DNA of 64,000 nt from Sulfolobaceae archaeon (GTDB lineage Archaea > Thermoproteota > Thermoprotei_A > Sulfolobales > Sulfolobaceae): positions 1 through 64,000 of the forward strand of contig JAWARQ010000002.1 of the NCBI GenBank assembly GCA_038893355.1, in the 5' to 3' direction. The notes below the pieces were generated by a model. It had not been told where the DNA came from. It saw only the letters and a list, made by a program, of their open reading frames with translations, and ran no database searches. This document shows, in pieces, positions 1 to 8,415 of this stretch. How positions within the stretch are numbered: position 1 is the stretch's first letter; each line of letters starts with the position of its first letter. The position numbers and the translations under genes were made by a program.

Positions 1-209
1 CTAGAAATAGCCCTCATACCATTAGAATACATCCTCAAAGCCAACTCCCTAACACTCTTATGATAATGATGCCTAGAAGCATCACCCAAAAAACGCTTAC
101 CACAAACCCTACACTTCTGCCTACCCCCAAGACTTACCACACTTAACAACATGATGACTACCACAAGAAGGACAAGCTATATCATGCCTAATTATAGGCT
201 TCTACCCAT
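1..209 (-). pseudogene. IS1-family transposase N-terminus, frameshifted
   Basis: Joining frames gives MG../KPIIRHDIACPSCGSHHVVKCGKS../RQK..CRVCGKRFLGDASRHHYHKSVRELALRMYSNGM.RAIS (Zn ribbon plus HTH); direct reading stops at codon 6. Confidence 0.8.
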
Positions 210-258
210 AAGTAATACTCATAATACAAGAATTTATACCCTAATGACGACACTATCC
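1..258 (-). mobile_element. IS1-family (ISC796-like) insertion sequence, left part; runs off window start
   Basis: Minus strand starts GGATAGTGTCGTCATTAGGG (putative terminal IR, ends about 258), followed by the transposase N-terminus; the other IR is outside the window. Confidence 0.7.
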
Positions 259-356
259 GCCTGCTGTTAAGTTAGGCAGGCGGCTGAGGGCTAAGTCCCT
301 ACACTCGGTCGCGAATGAAGATAAAACGATTGAAATGAAAGCGTAGGGACAAACGG
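257..356 (+). mobile_element. 3' end remnant of an IS200/IS605-family tnpB element (right end / omega-RNA scaffold)
   Basis: Translates PPAVKLGRRLRAKSLHSVANEDKTIEMKA*, resembling recalled Sulfolobales TnpB C-terminal tails; stems CCGCCTGC/GCAGGCGG (257-283) and GTCCCTAC/GTAGGGAC (295-350). Confidence 0.65.
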
Positions 357-575
357 ATCTCTCTTAGTCCTTTTATTCTCTATATAAAGGATTATTAAAT
401 ATCCTATAGCCCTCATTCAAACTAACCTTCTTACTTCTACTCAGCTGTAATTTTAACTAACCTTTCTTTTACATCTTTACTAACCCTTATAACTTTAGTA
501 AATTCTCATGATATACTCTAGCCCTCCGCGAGGTACTGGTATTAAATTTAAGAACTATCATAACTACTCAACTAC

Positions 576-1472
576 ATGCGGGGTTCAATTTTAGTTGCAC
601 TACTCTTCATAGTTCTGGTACTTAGTACTCCCTCTAATTCTACTGTGAGTGGATTATGGGGCTATATGTTTTTCATCCAAGACTTTTACTTTACTGGTGT
701 CTCAATACTGTTCAATCTGAACTGGTATAACCTATCTTACTACTCTTACAGAAATTTCACTGCTATTAATATAACTGTGACCTCCGCAACAAATGTTGTG
801 CTTAGTCTAGGCTTTACTCCGCTTTTTCTTCAAGATCTAAAAAATTACAGTAAAATAGACTTTTACGGATGGGTTCTGAAAATCTATTCTTTCCCTAAGT
901 CCACTACTTTTAATTACACCCTCTGCTTCTTTTTCCCTAATCAGAGCACAAAGAGCTTATTTACGAACATTTCGTCCCCTTATTACTTACGTGGGGCTTA
1001 TAAGGCTTTCGTTGGGCCTACGGTACTGAATATAACTGTTATCTCGCAGCCGAATAAGTATTGGTTAGTCTATTTAAATAACACGTTGATAGGATTTGTT
1101 AATATGAACTCAATTTACGGCAGTGTTGTTGGGGTGTTACTTTCAGCTAAGGGCTCTAGTGTTGGTTATATACCTATGTTGTATTTTAATGAGTTTAAGA
1201 TAAAGTTAGTTAACGGGAGTTGGATATATGTACCTAGGGATGATAACGGGATCCTTGTACCAAATTCTAATATCGGAGTTTACTATAACGGATTTAATGG
1301 TACATTAGTTATTGGTTCTGGTGTTAAAAGTGGGGTTATTGGAAATACGGTCTCTGTAAGTACTACTAATAGTAATAGTGGTGTAGGTTATTGGAGTCTG
1401 ATAACGGTACCGATTGTAGTGTTGATAATAATATTGATAATAGTAAGGAGAAAGACTGTGAAGAAGAGGTAG
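576..1472 (+). CDS. Secreted, C-terminally membrane-anchored hypothetical glycoprotein
   Basis: N-terminal signal peptide, about 12 N-x-S/T sequons, Ser/Thr/Asn linker, TM helix then basic tail RRKTVKKR. Confidence 0.75.
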   Translation: MRGSILVALLFIVLVLSTPSNSTVSGLWGYMFFIQDFYFTGVSILFNLNWYNLSYYSYRNFTAINITVTSATNVVLSLGFTPLFLQDLKNYSKIDFYGWVLKIYSFPKSTTFNYTLCFFFPNQSTKSLFTNISSPYYLRGAYKAFVGPTVLNITVISQPNKYWLVYLNNTLIGFVNMNSIYGSVVGVLLSAKGSSVGYIPMLYFNEFKIKLVNGSWIYVPRDDNGILVPNSNIGVYYNGFNGTLVIGSGVKSGVIGNTVSVSTTNSNSGVGYWSLITVPIVVLIIILIIVRRKTVKKR

Positions 1473-1481
1473 TTATAGAGT

Positions 1482-3665
1482 ATGAGAAAGGGGGTAATAA
1501 TCCTATTTCTACTCTTACTTTCACTTCTATCTAGCCTGTTGCACGAGTTACCTATAAACTCCCAAAGCTCTGAATACTCAGAAGTAATAAGGAGTTTTGT
1601 GTTATCAAGAGATGGTATAAAAGGGGAAGTTAATGCCGAGTATACTACTCTAGTAATAGGAGGTGAAGTTACTAGGGGTTACCTAATGAAGGAAAATTAT
1701 TCATACATAGAGTTTGATTTACCGAAATACCCAGTAATATCGCTTCAGGCGATGATGCTTAATGGTAAGGGCAATATAGGGATTGGTGTAGGGAGTGAAC
1801 TTCTAGCGAGAAGCTATTATGCTGAGGTCGACTTTAACACTTCGACATTTAATTTAATAACACCATCTGGATTAGTTTACTCTACGAAAATTAGTCAGCC
1901 CATACAGCCTTATCAGACATTCACTATTATTCTCGATCTGAATAATTTCACTGCATATCTCTTCTTGGGTAATAAAATGATTGCAGTAGTTAAGGGAGTT
2001 AATGAAAGTGTGCAAGAGGAAGTTATCTATTCGGTATCTAATAATGCGGAATTTCTAGTATTTCAGGCTGGGTCTTTTAAGAATATGGAGATCCTTTTAG
2101 TCCAGAACGCTATTTCACAAGCCCTCAACTATATCCTAGGAATGACTACGGTTTTTTCTTATAACGGTTCCCTTTATGCAGTTACTAGCGAATATGCAAC
2201 CCCCTCCTTGTCTTTTATAGTATATCTAAAGAATGGAAGCCAGATTATTTTTTTACCTGGAGCTCCAGATGATGGCTACTATGGATTTAGTAGTACTACA
2301 GTAGATTCGTGCTATATTACTGCCAGGAACCAGAGCATTTATGTTACGAAATACGAGGGATATTGTAACAATTCACTACTATTTAGATCCTACGAAATAA
2401 TTAGTGTTGGATATGATAATTTTGTCGTGATAGTTAATTTCACATACGTAGACCGTTCAAAGGTTTCCTTTATTTATCCTGCTTTAGCTAACCACCTCAT
2501 TAGTTTTCAGCAATTATCAGATAATAAATTTATATTAAATATAAGTTTAAAATATTTCTTTCCCATATTAAATTTGGACTTATACTTGAACTCCGTCCCT
2601 GCTTATAAAACCTTGAGTTGGTATTTCCATAGTTATAGAGTAACCTTTAGGCACGTGGGGGAGCTTATGACTTTTCTTACGAATGAAAGTTCTACATTAA
2701 AGTCGCTTTATCCTTACTTCTATAATACAATTCACAATATTCAGTCTCGATCTGGATTAAAGTCAAATGGAGAGATCATAAGCTTCTATGCTCCGATATT
2801 CTTTAAAGATCAAGGGAATCCTTTATTGCCTAGTAACTTCTACGATGCTTATAATAATTCTTGGTATAGGGGATACGGTACATACTTTGCACCACTTGCA
2901 AGGGAATACATACAGAATGGCATACCCCCACTATTTTATCCTTATAAAAGTGGGGCAGTAGTTATTAACCCTAATTATGGTGCAAGGGATTATAGTTTAT
3001 TGCTTAATGAAAGTATTTTAGTTTATAACTCTTCGTACAATTATAAATATGCTTTAGGACTATTTGATCCCCTACCTTTAGAAGTCCTAGGGATTTGGGA
3101 GGGGGTTAAAGGAAATTATAATTTGTCTTTGCTGTATTTTAACGAACTATTTGGTTATTATAATAAATTAAAAATGATGTGTTGGAGTTTTAGTATAAAT
3201 ATTAACAATAATTATATAGTATTATTTTCAGATTATAATAATAATACTCTCAGGGTTGCATTAGCGTTAGAGCTTGCGTCGATACTGGCTTCAAAGTCGC
3301 GGATAGGATGGAATTACAGTGAAGTTTTTCTAAATATCCTGTTATCCTCACAATGGAAGGGATTTCAAAGTACTAGCTTTTCTGGCTTTCAGCCAACGTT
3401 TGCAGGAGGTTTTATATCCGCAACTAAAGGTAATTTATACTCGCCACCGAGGCCACAGATAATAGACCAACTAGTGTTGGCATGGGGAGGGCTTAATCCG
3501 TATAATGTTATAGTGGAGGGTAGTGAATATCCTAATTACATAATCTCTAATGCTGAAACTACTATAGTCAGTATTCAAGCACTTGCAGTTTATTTGTACC
3601 TAAAGTACGGAATACCGATGGAGTATTCTATAAACCAGATGTTTGTAATACTATATCCTAACTAA
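1482..3665 (+). CDS. Large secreted hypothetical protein
   Basis: 727 aa ORF, signal peptide MRKGVIILFLLLLSLL, Tyr/Asn-rich, many sequons; starts 9 bp after the previous gene. Confidence 0.75.
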   Translation: MRKGVIILFLLLLSLLSSLLHELPINSQSSEYSEVIRSFVLSRDGIKGEVNAEYTTLVIGGEVTRGYLMKENYSYIEFDLPKYPVISLQAMMLNGKGNIGIGVGSELLARSYYAEVDFNTSTFNLITPSGLVYSTKISQPIQPYQTFTIILDLNNFTAYLFLGNKMIAVVKGVNESVQEEVIYSVSNNAEFLVFQAGSFKNMEILLVQNAISQALNYILGMTTVFSYNGSLYAVTSEYATPSLSFIVYLKNGSQIIFLPGAPDDGYYGFSSTTVDSCYITARNQSIYVTKYEGYCNNSLLFRSYEIISVGYDNFVVIVNFTYVDRSKVSFIYPALANHLISFQQLSDNKFILNISLKYFFPILNLDLYLNSVPAYKTLSWYFHSYRVTFRHVGELMTFLTNESSTLKSLYPYFYNTIHNIQSRSGLKSNGEIISFYAPIFFKDQGNPLLPSNFYDAYNNSWYRGYGTYFAPLAREYIQNGIPPLFYPYKSGAVVINPNYGARDYSLLLNESILVYNSSYNYKYALGLFDPLPLEVLGIWEGVKGNYNLSLLYFNELFGYYNKLKMMCWSFSININNNYIVLFSDYNNNTLRVALALELASILASKSRIGWNYSEVFLNILLSSQWKGFQSTSFSGFQPTFAGGFISATKGNLYSPPRPQIIDQLVLAWGGLNPYNVIVEGSEYPNYIISNAETTIVSIQALAVYLYLKYGIPMEYSINQMFVILYPN

Positions 3666-4035
3666 CTTTTGAGTCTAGATGATAAACCAGAGCCTCTACG
3701 AAAGCTACTTCCTTACCTTCCTCATTTTTTACTAATATTTTATATAGAGAAGTTGTCTTTCCTCTACTTTCCTCAAAGGCTTCTGCAATTAGCTTTTCAC
3801 CCAGCCTTGCTGGCCTCCTAAAGTATATGCTCATCTGTAAGGCTACCGAGTCCCTATCAATATTAGTAATAATTTCGAAAGCAGCGTCGGCAAGCGAGAA
3901 TATTAGAGAACCGTGAGCTGTGTTATGTAGATTCAAATGTTCTTCTCTCACTCTGCAAGAAACTCTAACGTAATTACTTTTTGCTTCTTCTACCTCTATA
4001 CCTAAAAACTTCAGATAATTACTAATTTTAACCAT
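3658..4035 (-). CDS. PaaI-family hotdog thioesterase
   Basis: HLNLHNTAHGSLIFSLADAAF motif. Confidence 0.9.
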   Translation of the reverse strand: MVKISNYLKFLGIEVEEAKSNYVRVSCRVREEHLNLHNTAHGSLIFSLADAAFEIITNIDRDSVALQMSIYFRRPARLGEKLIAEAFEESRGKTTSLYKILVKNEEGKEVAFVEALVYHLDSKVS

Positions 4036-4139
4036 TAAGATAAATCAGAAATAGTAAATAAAGGGTTTTAGTATGGTATAACCTCATTTATTTATAAGGA
4101 ATCTCTTATACTAGTACATTATAATGTTTTTCATACTGA

Positions 4140-4222
4140 CTTCCTTATATTTAAACATGAGAGGCTATCCATCCTGCCTCAGAGAGGCGAGGCTTTCCGC
4201 TCCCTTAACCCCCTTTTCTGTG
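4140..4222 (-). mobile_element. Orphan IS200/IS605-family end (subterminal hairpin plus promoter); transposase/tnpB absent
   Basis: Minus strand GGGGGTTAAGGGAGCGGAAAGCCTCGCCTCTCTGAGGCAGGATGGATAGCC..TTTAAATA; GC-rich hairpin GCCTC/GAGGC in AT-rich DNA, resembling recalled Sulfolobales IS605 ends. Confidence 0.6.
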
Positions 4223-4479
4223 AATACGAAAGGAAAACAGTATTGATAAATATAAAATATAGAAGAGTATCTAAAAAATTAAAATTATTAATAAATTAAA
4301 CTTGATAAGGCTTGGAACAAATAATATCTGAGAATCGATAAAATTTTTCATACCAACCCTTCCTTTAGTTCCTTGAGTACATCGTGAAATTTGTTAACCC
4401 AATAACTAGTATACTCATTCTCGAGAATTAAATCATAAAACGCTTTTTATGAAATTATACGAGATTATAGCTAAATTTT

Positions 4480-4910
4480 GCGATTGACCAAGGTTGCAAG
4501 TATGCCATTTCCCTTCTTTAATTGCTTGTTGATACTCCGGTAAGTTGAATTTTTCGGCTAACGCTTTAACAGTCTCTTCAGGATATTATAAGCCTTATCA
4601 GATGCTTGGACATTATCTCCTTTAGAGAGACAATCTAGCCTTAGAAGACTTATCCGCTAACTCTAACTAATTTTAATCCCTTCATTAGGATCAAGTTTAG
4701 ATAGTGCTATGATTATTAAGTGTTTACCCATGGCTTAACTTATCCTTACTTTTAATTACTTCTAATTCCACCACGGGCACCTATATAAACATAATAATAA
4801 TAATAAAAACGTTATTCAAAGTGATCAAAAATAATGAGTCGTTACGCAAAGTTGTTACAGTCCTCGACATTAATGCCTTTTCCTTAGCCTTCTTAATAAG
4901 TTCCTCTACA
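4480..4910 (-). pseudogene. PaREP1-family protein pseudogene, split by a 137 bp insertion
   Basis: Fragments VEELIKKAKE/GINVED [insert] LIIIALSKLDPNEGIKI/..KGDNVQASDKAYNNPEETVKALAEKFNLPEYQQAIKEGKW; frameshifts present. Confidence 0.8.
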
Positions 4911-5004
4911 ATGTTAATTTGAACTAAGGTTTAATAAACTAAATTATCTTTCCCTCTTAAGCCCTTTTGTTCTATTATATCTGTTTTTACTCCTAAGCAG
5001 ATCT

Positions 5005-5415
5005 CTATTCATTCTCTAACTCTTTTTCTATCTCTTTAAAGAATTCTAATACACAGTCTATTCTTGTCCTCCTTATAACTTTATCAAGCTTCTCCCTATA
5101 AGCTTCCCTAACCTTATTGTACTCTTGAATTCCTAACTCAGTTATCCTAACCATTACGACTCTCCTATCATTATTACACCTAAATCTCTTAATTAATCCC
5201 TTCTCTTCTAACTTATCTAGAACCTCAGTTATTGTTGATTTCCCGAGCCCTATGATCTTTGAGAGTTGTGTAACGTTCTTTTCCCCTTCATATAAATTTG
5301 CTAGAATTTGAATTTCAGCAGCATTAAACCCAAATCTTTCTGCTTCCCTCCTTAATAATCTTTTTAAAGCCCTATAGCCCTTTAGAACTTGTTCCCATTC
5401 TTGCACGTTTTTCAC
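5005..5415 (-). CDS. MarR-family transcriptional regulator
   Basis: wHTH, LEEKGLIKR..DRRVVMVRITELG. Confidence 0.92.
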   Translation of the reverse strand: MKNVQEWEQVLKGYRALKRLLRREAERFGFNAAEIQILANLYEGEKNVTQLSKIIGLGKSTITEVLDKLEEKGLIKRFRCNNDRRVVMVRITELGIQEYNKVREAYREKLDKVIRRTRIDCVLEFFKEIEKELENE

Positions 5416-7012
5416 TACTCCTATACAATGATATTAAGCTTGCTATTATCAATAATGTAATTGAAATATATAACATTAATCTAAAGCCTTGAATAAATGA
5501 CGGTGCAATTAAGTTAGAAAAGAATTTAGGATCATTAAGTTCATAGCCTGCGGATGGTGAGAGTTGTGCAAGGGGGCTTAAGGGATTGTATCCTAAAAGT
5601 GCAGAAAATAAGGCTTGAGTTGGTGAAACGTTTATACTCTGTATAGAAATCCCTAAAGAGCTCAGTGTGCCATATAAGGATTGCCTGAATGGGCCACTCA
5701 TACCAGTAATTACTAATGATAAGTAAATAGCAGTGCTTGAGGTGGAGGCAGCATTTTGTAATGCTGACCTCATACCTGAGGCAACTCCACGTTTATCAGA
5801 AGGCACTGAGGCCATTATGTCTGCAGAATTTGGGGACGTAAATATACCCATGCCTGCACCTATTATGAAAGTTGCGATAGCGAAATCAATGTAATCAAAG
5901 TTATATGGTAAAAGCGAGAGTAGGAAGAATCCGAAAGCAGATAGTAGAAGGCCTAATACTGTAAATATCTTTGACCCATACTTATCCGATAGGTAACCGC
6001 TAATTGGTCCAAAAATTGCGAATCCTACTACATTAGGCAATAAGTATATCCCAGCCCAGAATGGTGTTTCTGAGAAATCATAACCATGTAAAGGAAGCCA
6101 TATTGCTTGTAATAATAAAATTAAAACTAATGAAATACCTTGCCTTGCTAGTGATGCTATGAAATTCGCAATTATTGCGGATGTAAAAGTTTTTGATTTA
6201 AATAATGTCATATCAAACAGTGGGTTCTTTACTCTCGTCTGTAAGTAAAAGAATACGGCAAGAAGAAGTAATGAGATCGATAACCCTGAAATAACAAATG
6301 GGTTATGCCAGCCTAAATCTTCACCTCCATATGGTACTATTCCATAACTTAATGAGATCAATAGAATTGATAAACTACCTATGAATAATATACTCCCTAT
6401 TATATCTAGTCTAGTATTGCTTTTTACGCCTCTTTCCTTTAGAGATACCATCGACCATATAAAGCCTATGAAGCCTATAGGTACGTTCACGAGAAATATT
6501 AGCCTCCAGTTTATAGAAGATAATATTCCTCCTACTACAAGGCCTATTACGCTTCCTGAAATTCCGAACATTTGATTTATCCCTAAAGCCTTGCCGAGTT
6601 CACTTCTAGGAAAGTAATCTGTCAGTATTGCAGCACCATTTACCATTAACAATCCTCCTCCTACTCCCTGAATCATTCTAAAGATTATTAGTTCAAGGAC
6701 ACCTTCCTCGCCTTGAGACGGGACTAGACCACATAACAAGGAGCCTATGGTGAAAATTAAGAATCCTAGATTGTAGAGCCTAACTCTGCCTAAAATATCA
6801 GCTATTTTTCCTAGAGTCAGTACAATCGCTGATGTCACTAATGCATAGCCTAATATTAACCATAATAAGTAAGATAGTGAATAGGGCGAAGTTGGGTTAA
6901 ATTTTAGCTCATCGAATATCATAGGGAGTGCTATCATTATCATGTTATAATTTAAAAATGCAAGAAATACGGAAATACTGGTGTTAGATAAGGCTATCCA
7001 TTTACTCTCCAT
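5372..7012 (-). CDS. MFS efflux transporter (DHA2/EmrB-like)
   Basis: GKIADILGRVR motif A, RMIQGVGGG, about 14 TM segments. Confidence 0.92.
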   Translation of the reverse strand: MESKWIALSNTSISVFLAFLNYNMIMIALPMIFDELKFNPTSPYSLSYLLWLILGYALVTSAIVLTLGKIADILGRVRLYNLGFLIFTIGSLLCGLVPSQGEEGVLELIIFRMIQGVGGGLLMVNGAAILTDYFPRSELGKALGINQMFGISGSVIGLVVGGILSSINWRLIFLVNVPIGFIGFIWSMVSLKERGVKSNTRLDIIGSILFIGSLSILLISLSYGIVPYGGEDLGWHNPFVISGLSISLLLLAVFFYLQTRVKNPLFDMTLFKSKTFTSAIIANFIASLARQGISLVLILLLQAIWLPLHGYDFSETPFWAGIYLLPNVVGFAIFGPISGYLSDKYGSKIFTVLGLLLSAFGFFLLSLLPYNFDYIDFAIATFIIGAGMGIFTSPNSADIMASVPSDKRGVASGMRSALQNAASTSSTAIYLSLVITGMSGPFRQSLYGTLSSLGISIQSINVSPTQALFSALLGYNPLSPLAQLSPSAGYELNDPKFFSNLIAPSFIQGFRLMLYISITLLIIASLISLYRSSEKRARMGTSSKGL

Positions 7013-7017
7013 TTTAA

Positions 7018-7052
7018 TTCGAAACCGAACTTTTTACTTCCGAACATATAAA
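7018..7052 (-). promoter_or_regulatory. Candidate MarR operator plus TATA box of the MFS-marR operon
   Basis: TTCG-AAAC-CGAA palindrome at 7018-7029, CCGAAC repeated at 7025 and 7040, minus-strand TTTATATG at 7045-7052. Confidence 0.4.
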
Positions 7053-7131
7053 TCTGCTAGACTAAAGTTTATATTAAACAGCTTTAAAAACGACCATTCT
7101 TTAATTTTTCATTTTATAAAATATTATTATC

Positions 7132-8415
7132 TTAAAAAGTACTTTTACTTATTCTAACATCCCTTATGAGGGTATATGGAGTTATAACTGGCATCTCAGA
7201 TTCCCACCACATAATATTATATCTCTCCTTTGAAAGATCTTCAATATTCTTTATAATATTCCTTAAAGAATCTGCTATTCTAATTCTTTTAGCGACACCT
7301 ACTGGTTTACCTTCCCTATAAACTACTACAGCATCTCTTCCTACGGTGGAAAAAGTTCCCTCATAGTAATTTTGGAACCTCGTATACCAGTTATTGTTGA
7401 AGAATATTAAATTCGAAGAGAATAGACTATTCTCTGAAACTTCTCCAGGCTTTACCTCAATACCCCATGAATGTGGATAAGTCCAACCTGCATTTCCAGT
7501 ACTATTCTTACCCTTAAGTCTTGCTAATGCATTATTGTACAATAAAGTTTGGAAAGTTCCATTTTCGATTACAGCCTTATTATACGTAAATGTACCTTCA
7601 TCGTCAAAGGCTGTAGAATACGGAATTTCATCATTTCTAGGTGAGTCGTATAAGCTTAGTTTTTCAGATGCAACCTTTTCACCTTGATTTGTATTTAGGA
7701 ATATTGACATTCCGTATTCGACCGACATTGCAGAGGCCATGTTCATTAGATAATTCATTAAATTTGCAAAAACTAACGGTGAAAGTAAAACGTTATACTT
7801 ACCCTCATCTATCTTTACCTCACCAGTAATTGATGCGAATTCACAAGCCTTCTTAACCATTTCTCTTAATTTTGCAGGTGAATAATTTCTGGAGAAAAAT
7901 GCCCATTGCCCACTATACTCTCCATTAAATGCTCTAGCATAACCATTTACAAAAGTTTTCTCCTCTTCCCCTTCAAATCCAGTAGAGGTATGTAGAATTC
8001 TCTTATATCGGACAAAATTTATCATTCCATAAATAGGATATTCTGCGTAATCTAATACATCAGCTACTGCACTAGACGGGTCTTGAATTAACCTATCAAC
8101 ATCATTTTCTACTTCAATCCTTTTATAACTCCTTTGATTGTTAGAGAGAATTGGATAATAAGGTGACTCTTCGATTTTGTCTATTAGATTTTCTATATTA
8201 TTATCTAGCTTTGCGTCTCCCTTAAACTCTAAAACCGTGAACTTCTTATTCTTACCTATAAGAATTGATATAGAACTTGTTGACCATTTTTGTATTACAG
8301 AAACTTTACTTTCTGCAAACTTTACCATAGTTGATTTAACTTTTATTTCTAAAACTGCAACTTGCTGAAATCCTTTTTTAACTAACTCTTCTACTAGCTT
8401 ATTCAACTCCATCAC
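7132..8415 (-). CDS. tldE: TldE/PmbA-family protein
   Basis: FDDEG and STGNAG motifs, no HExxH; coupled to tldD. Confidence 0.85.
   Translation of the reverse strand: MMELNKLVEELVKKGFQQVAVLEIKVKSTMVKFAESKVSVIQKWSTSSISILIGKNKKFTVLEFKGDAKLDNNIENLIDKIEESPYYPILSNNQRSYKRIEVENDVDRLIQDPSSAVADVLDYAEYPIYGMINFVRYKRILHTSTGFEGEEEKTFVNGYARAFNGEYSGQWAFFSRNYSPAKLREMVKKACEFASITGEVKIDEGKYNVLLSPLVFANLMNYLMNMASAMSVEYGMSIFLNTNQGEKVASEKLSLYDSPRNDEIPYSTAFDDEGTFTYNKAVIENGTFQTLLYNNALARLKGKNSTGNAGWTYPHSWGIEVKPGEVSENSLFSSNLIFFNNNWYTRFQNYYEGTFSTVGRDAVVVYREGKPVGVAKRIRIADSLRNIIKNIEDLSKERYNIMWWESEMPVITPYTLIRDVRISKSTF

Noticed and set aside
257-4222. Composite IS605 transposon carrying the two secreted genes between the two IS ends
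   Set aside because: The right-end remnant is on + and the left-end-like sequence is on -; IS200/IS605 ends must be on the same strand in LE-to-RE order
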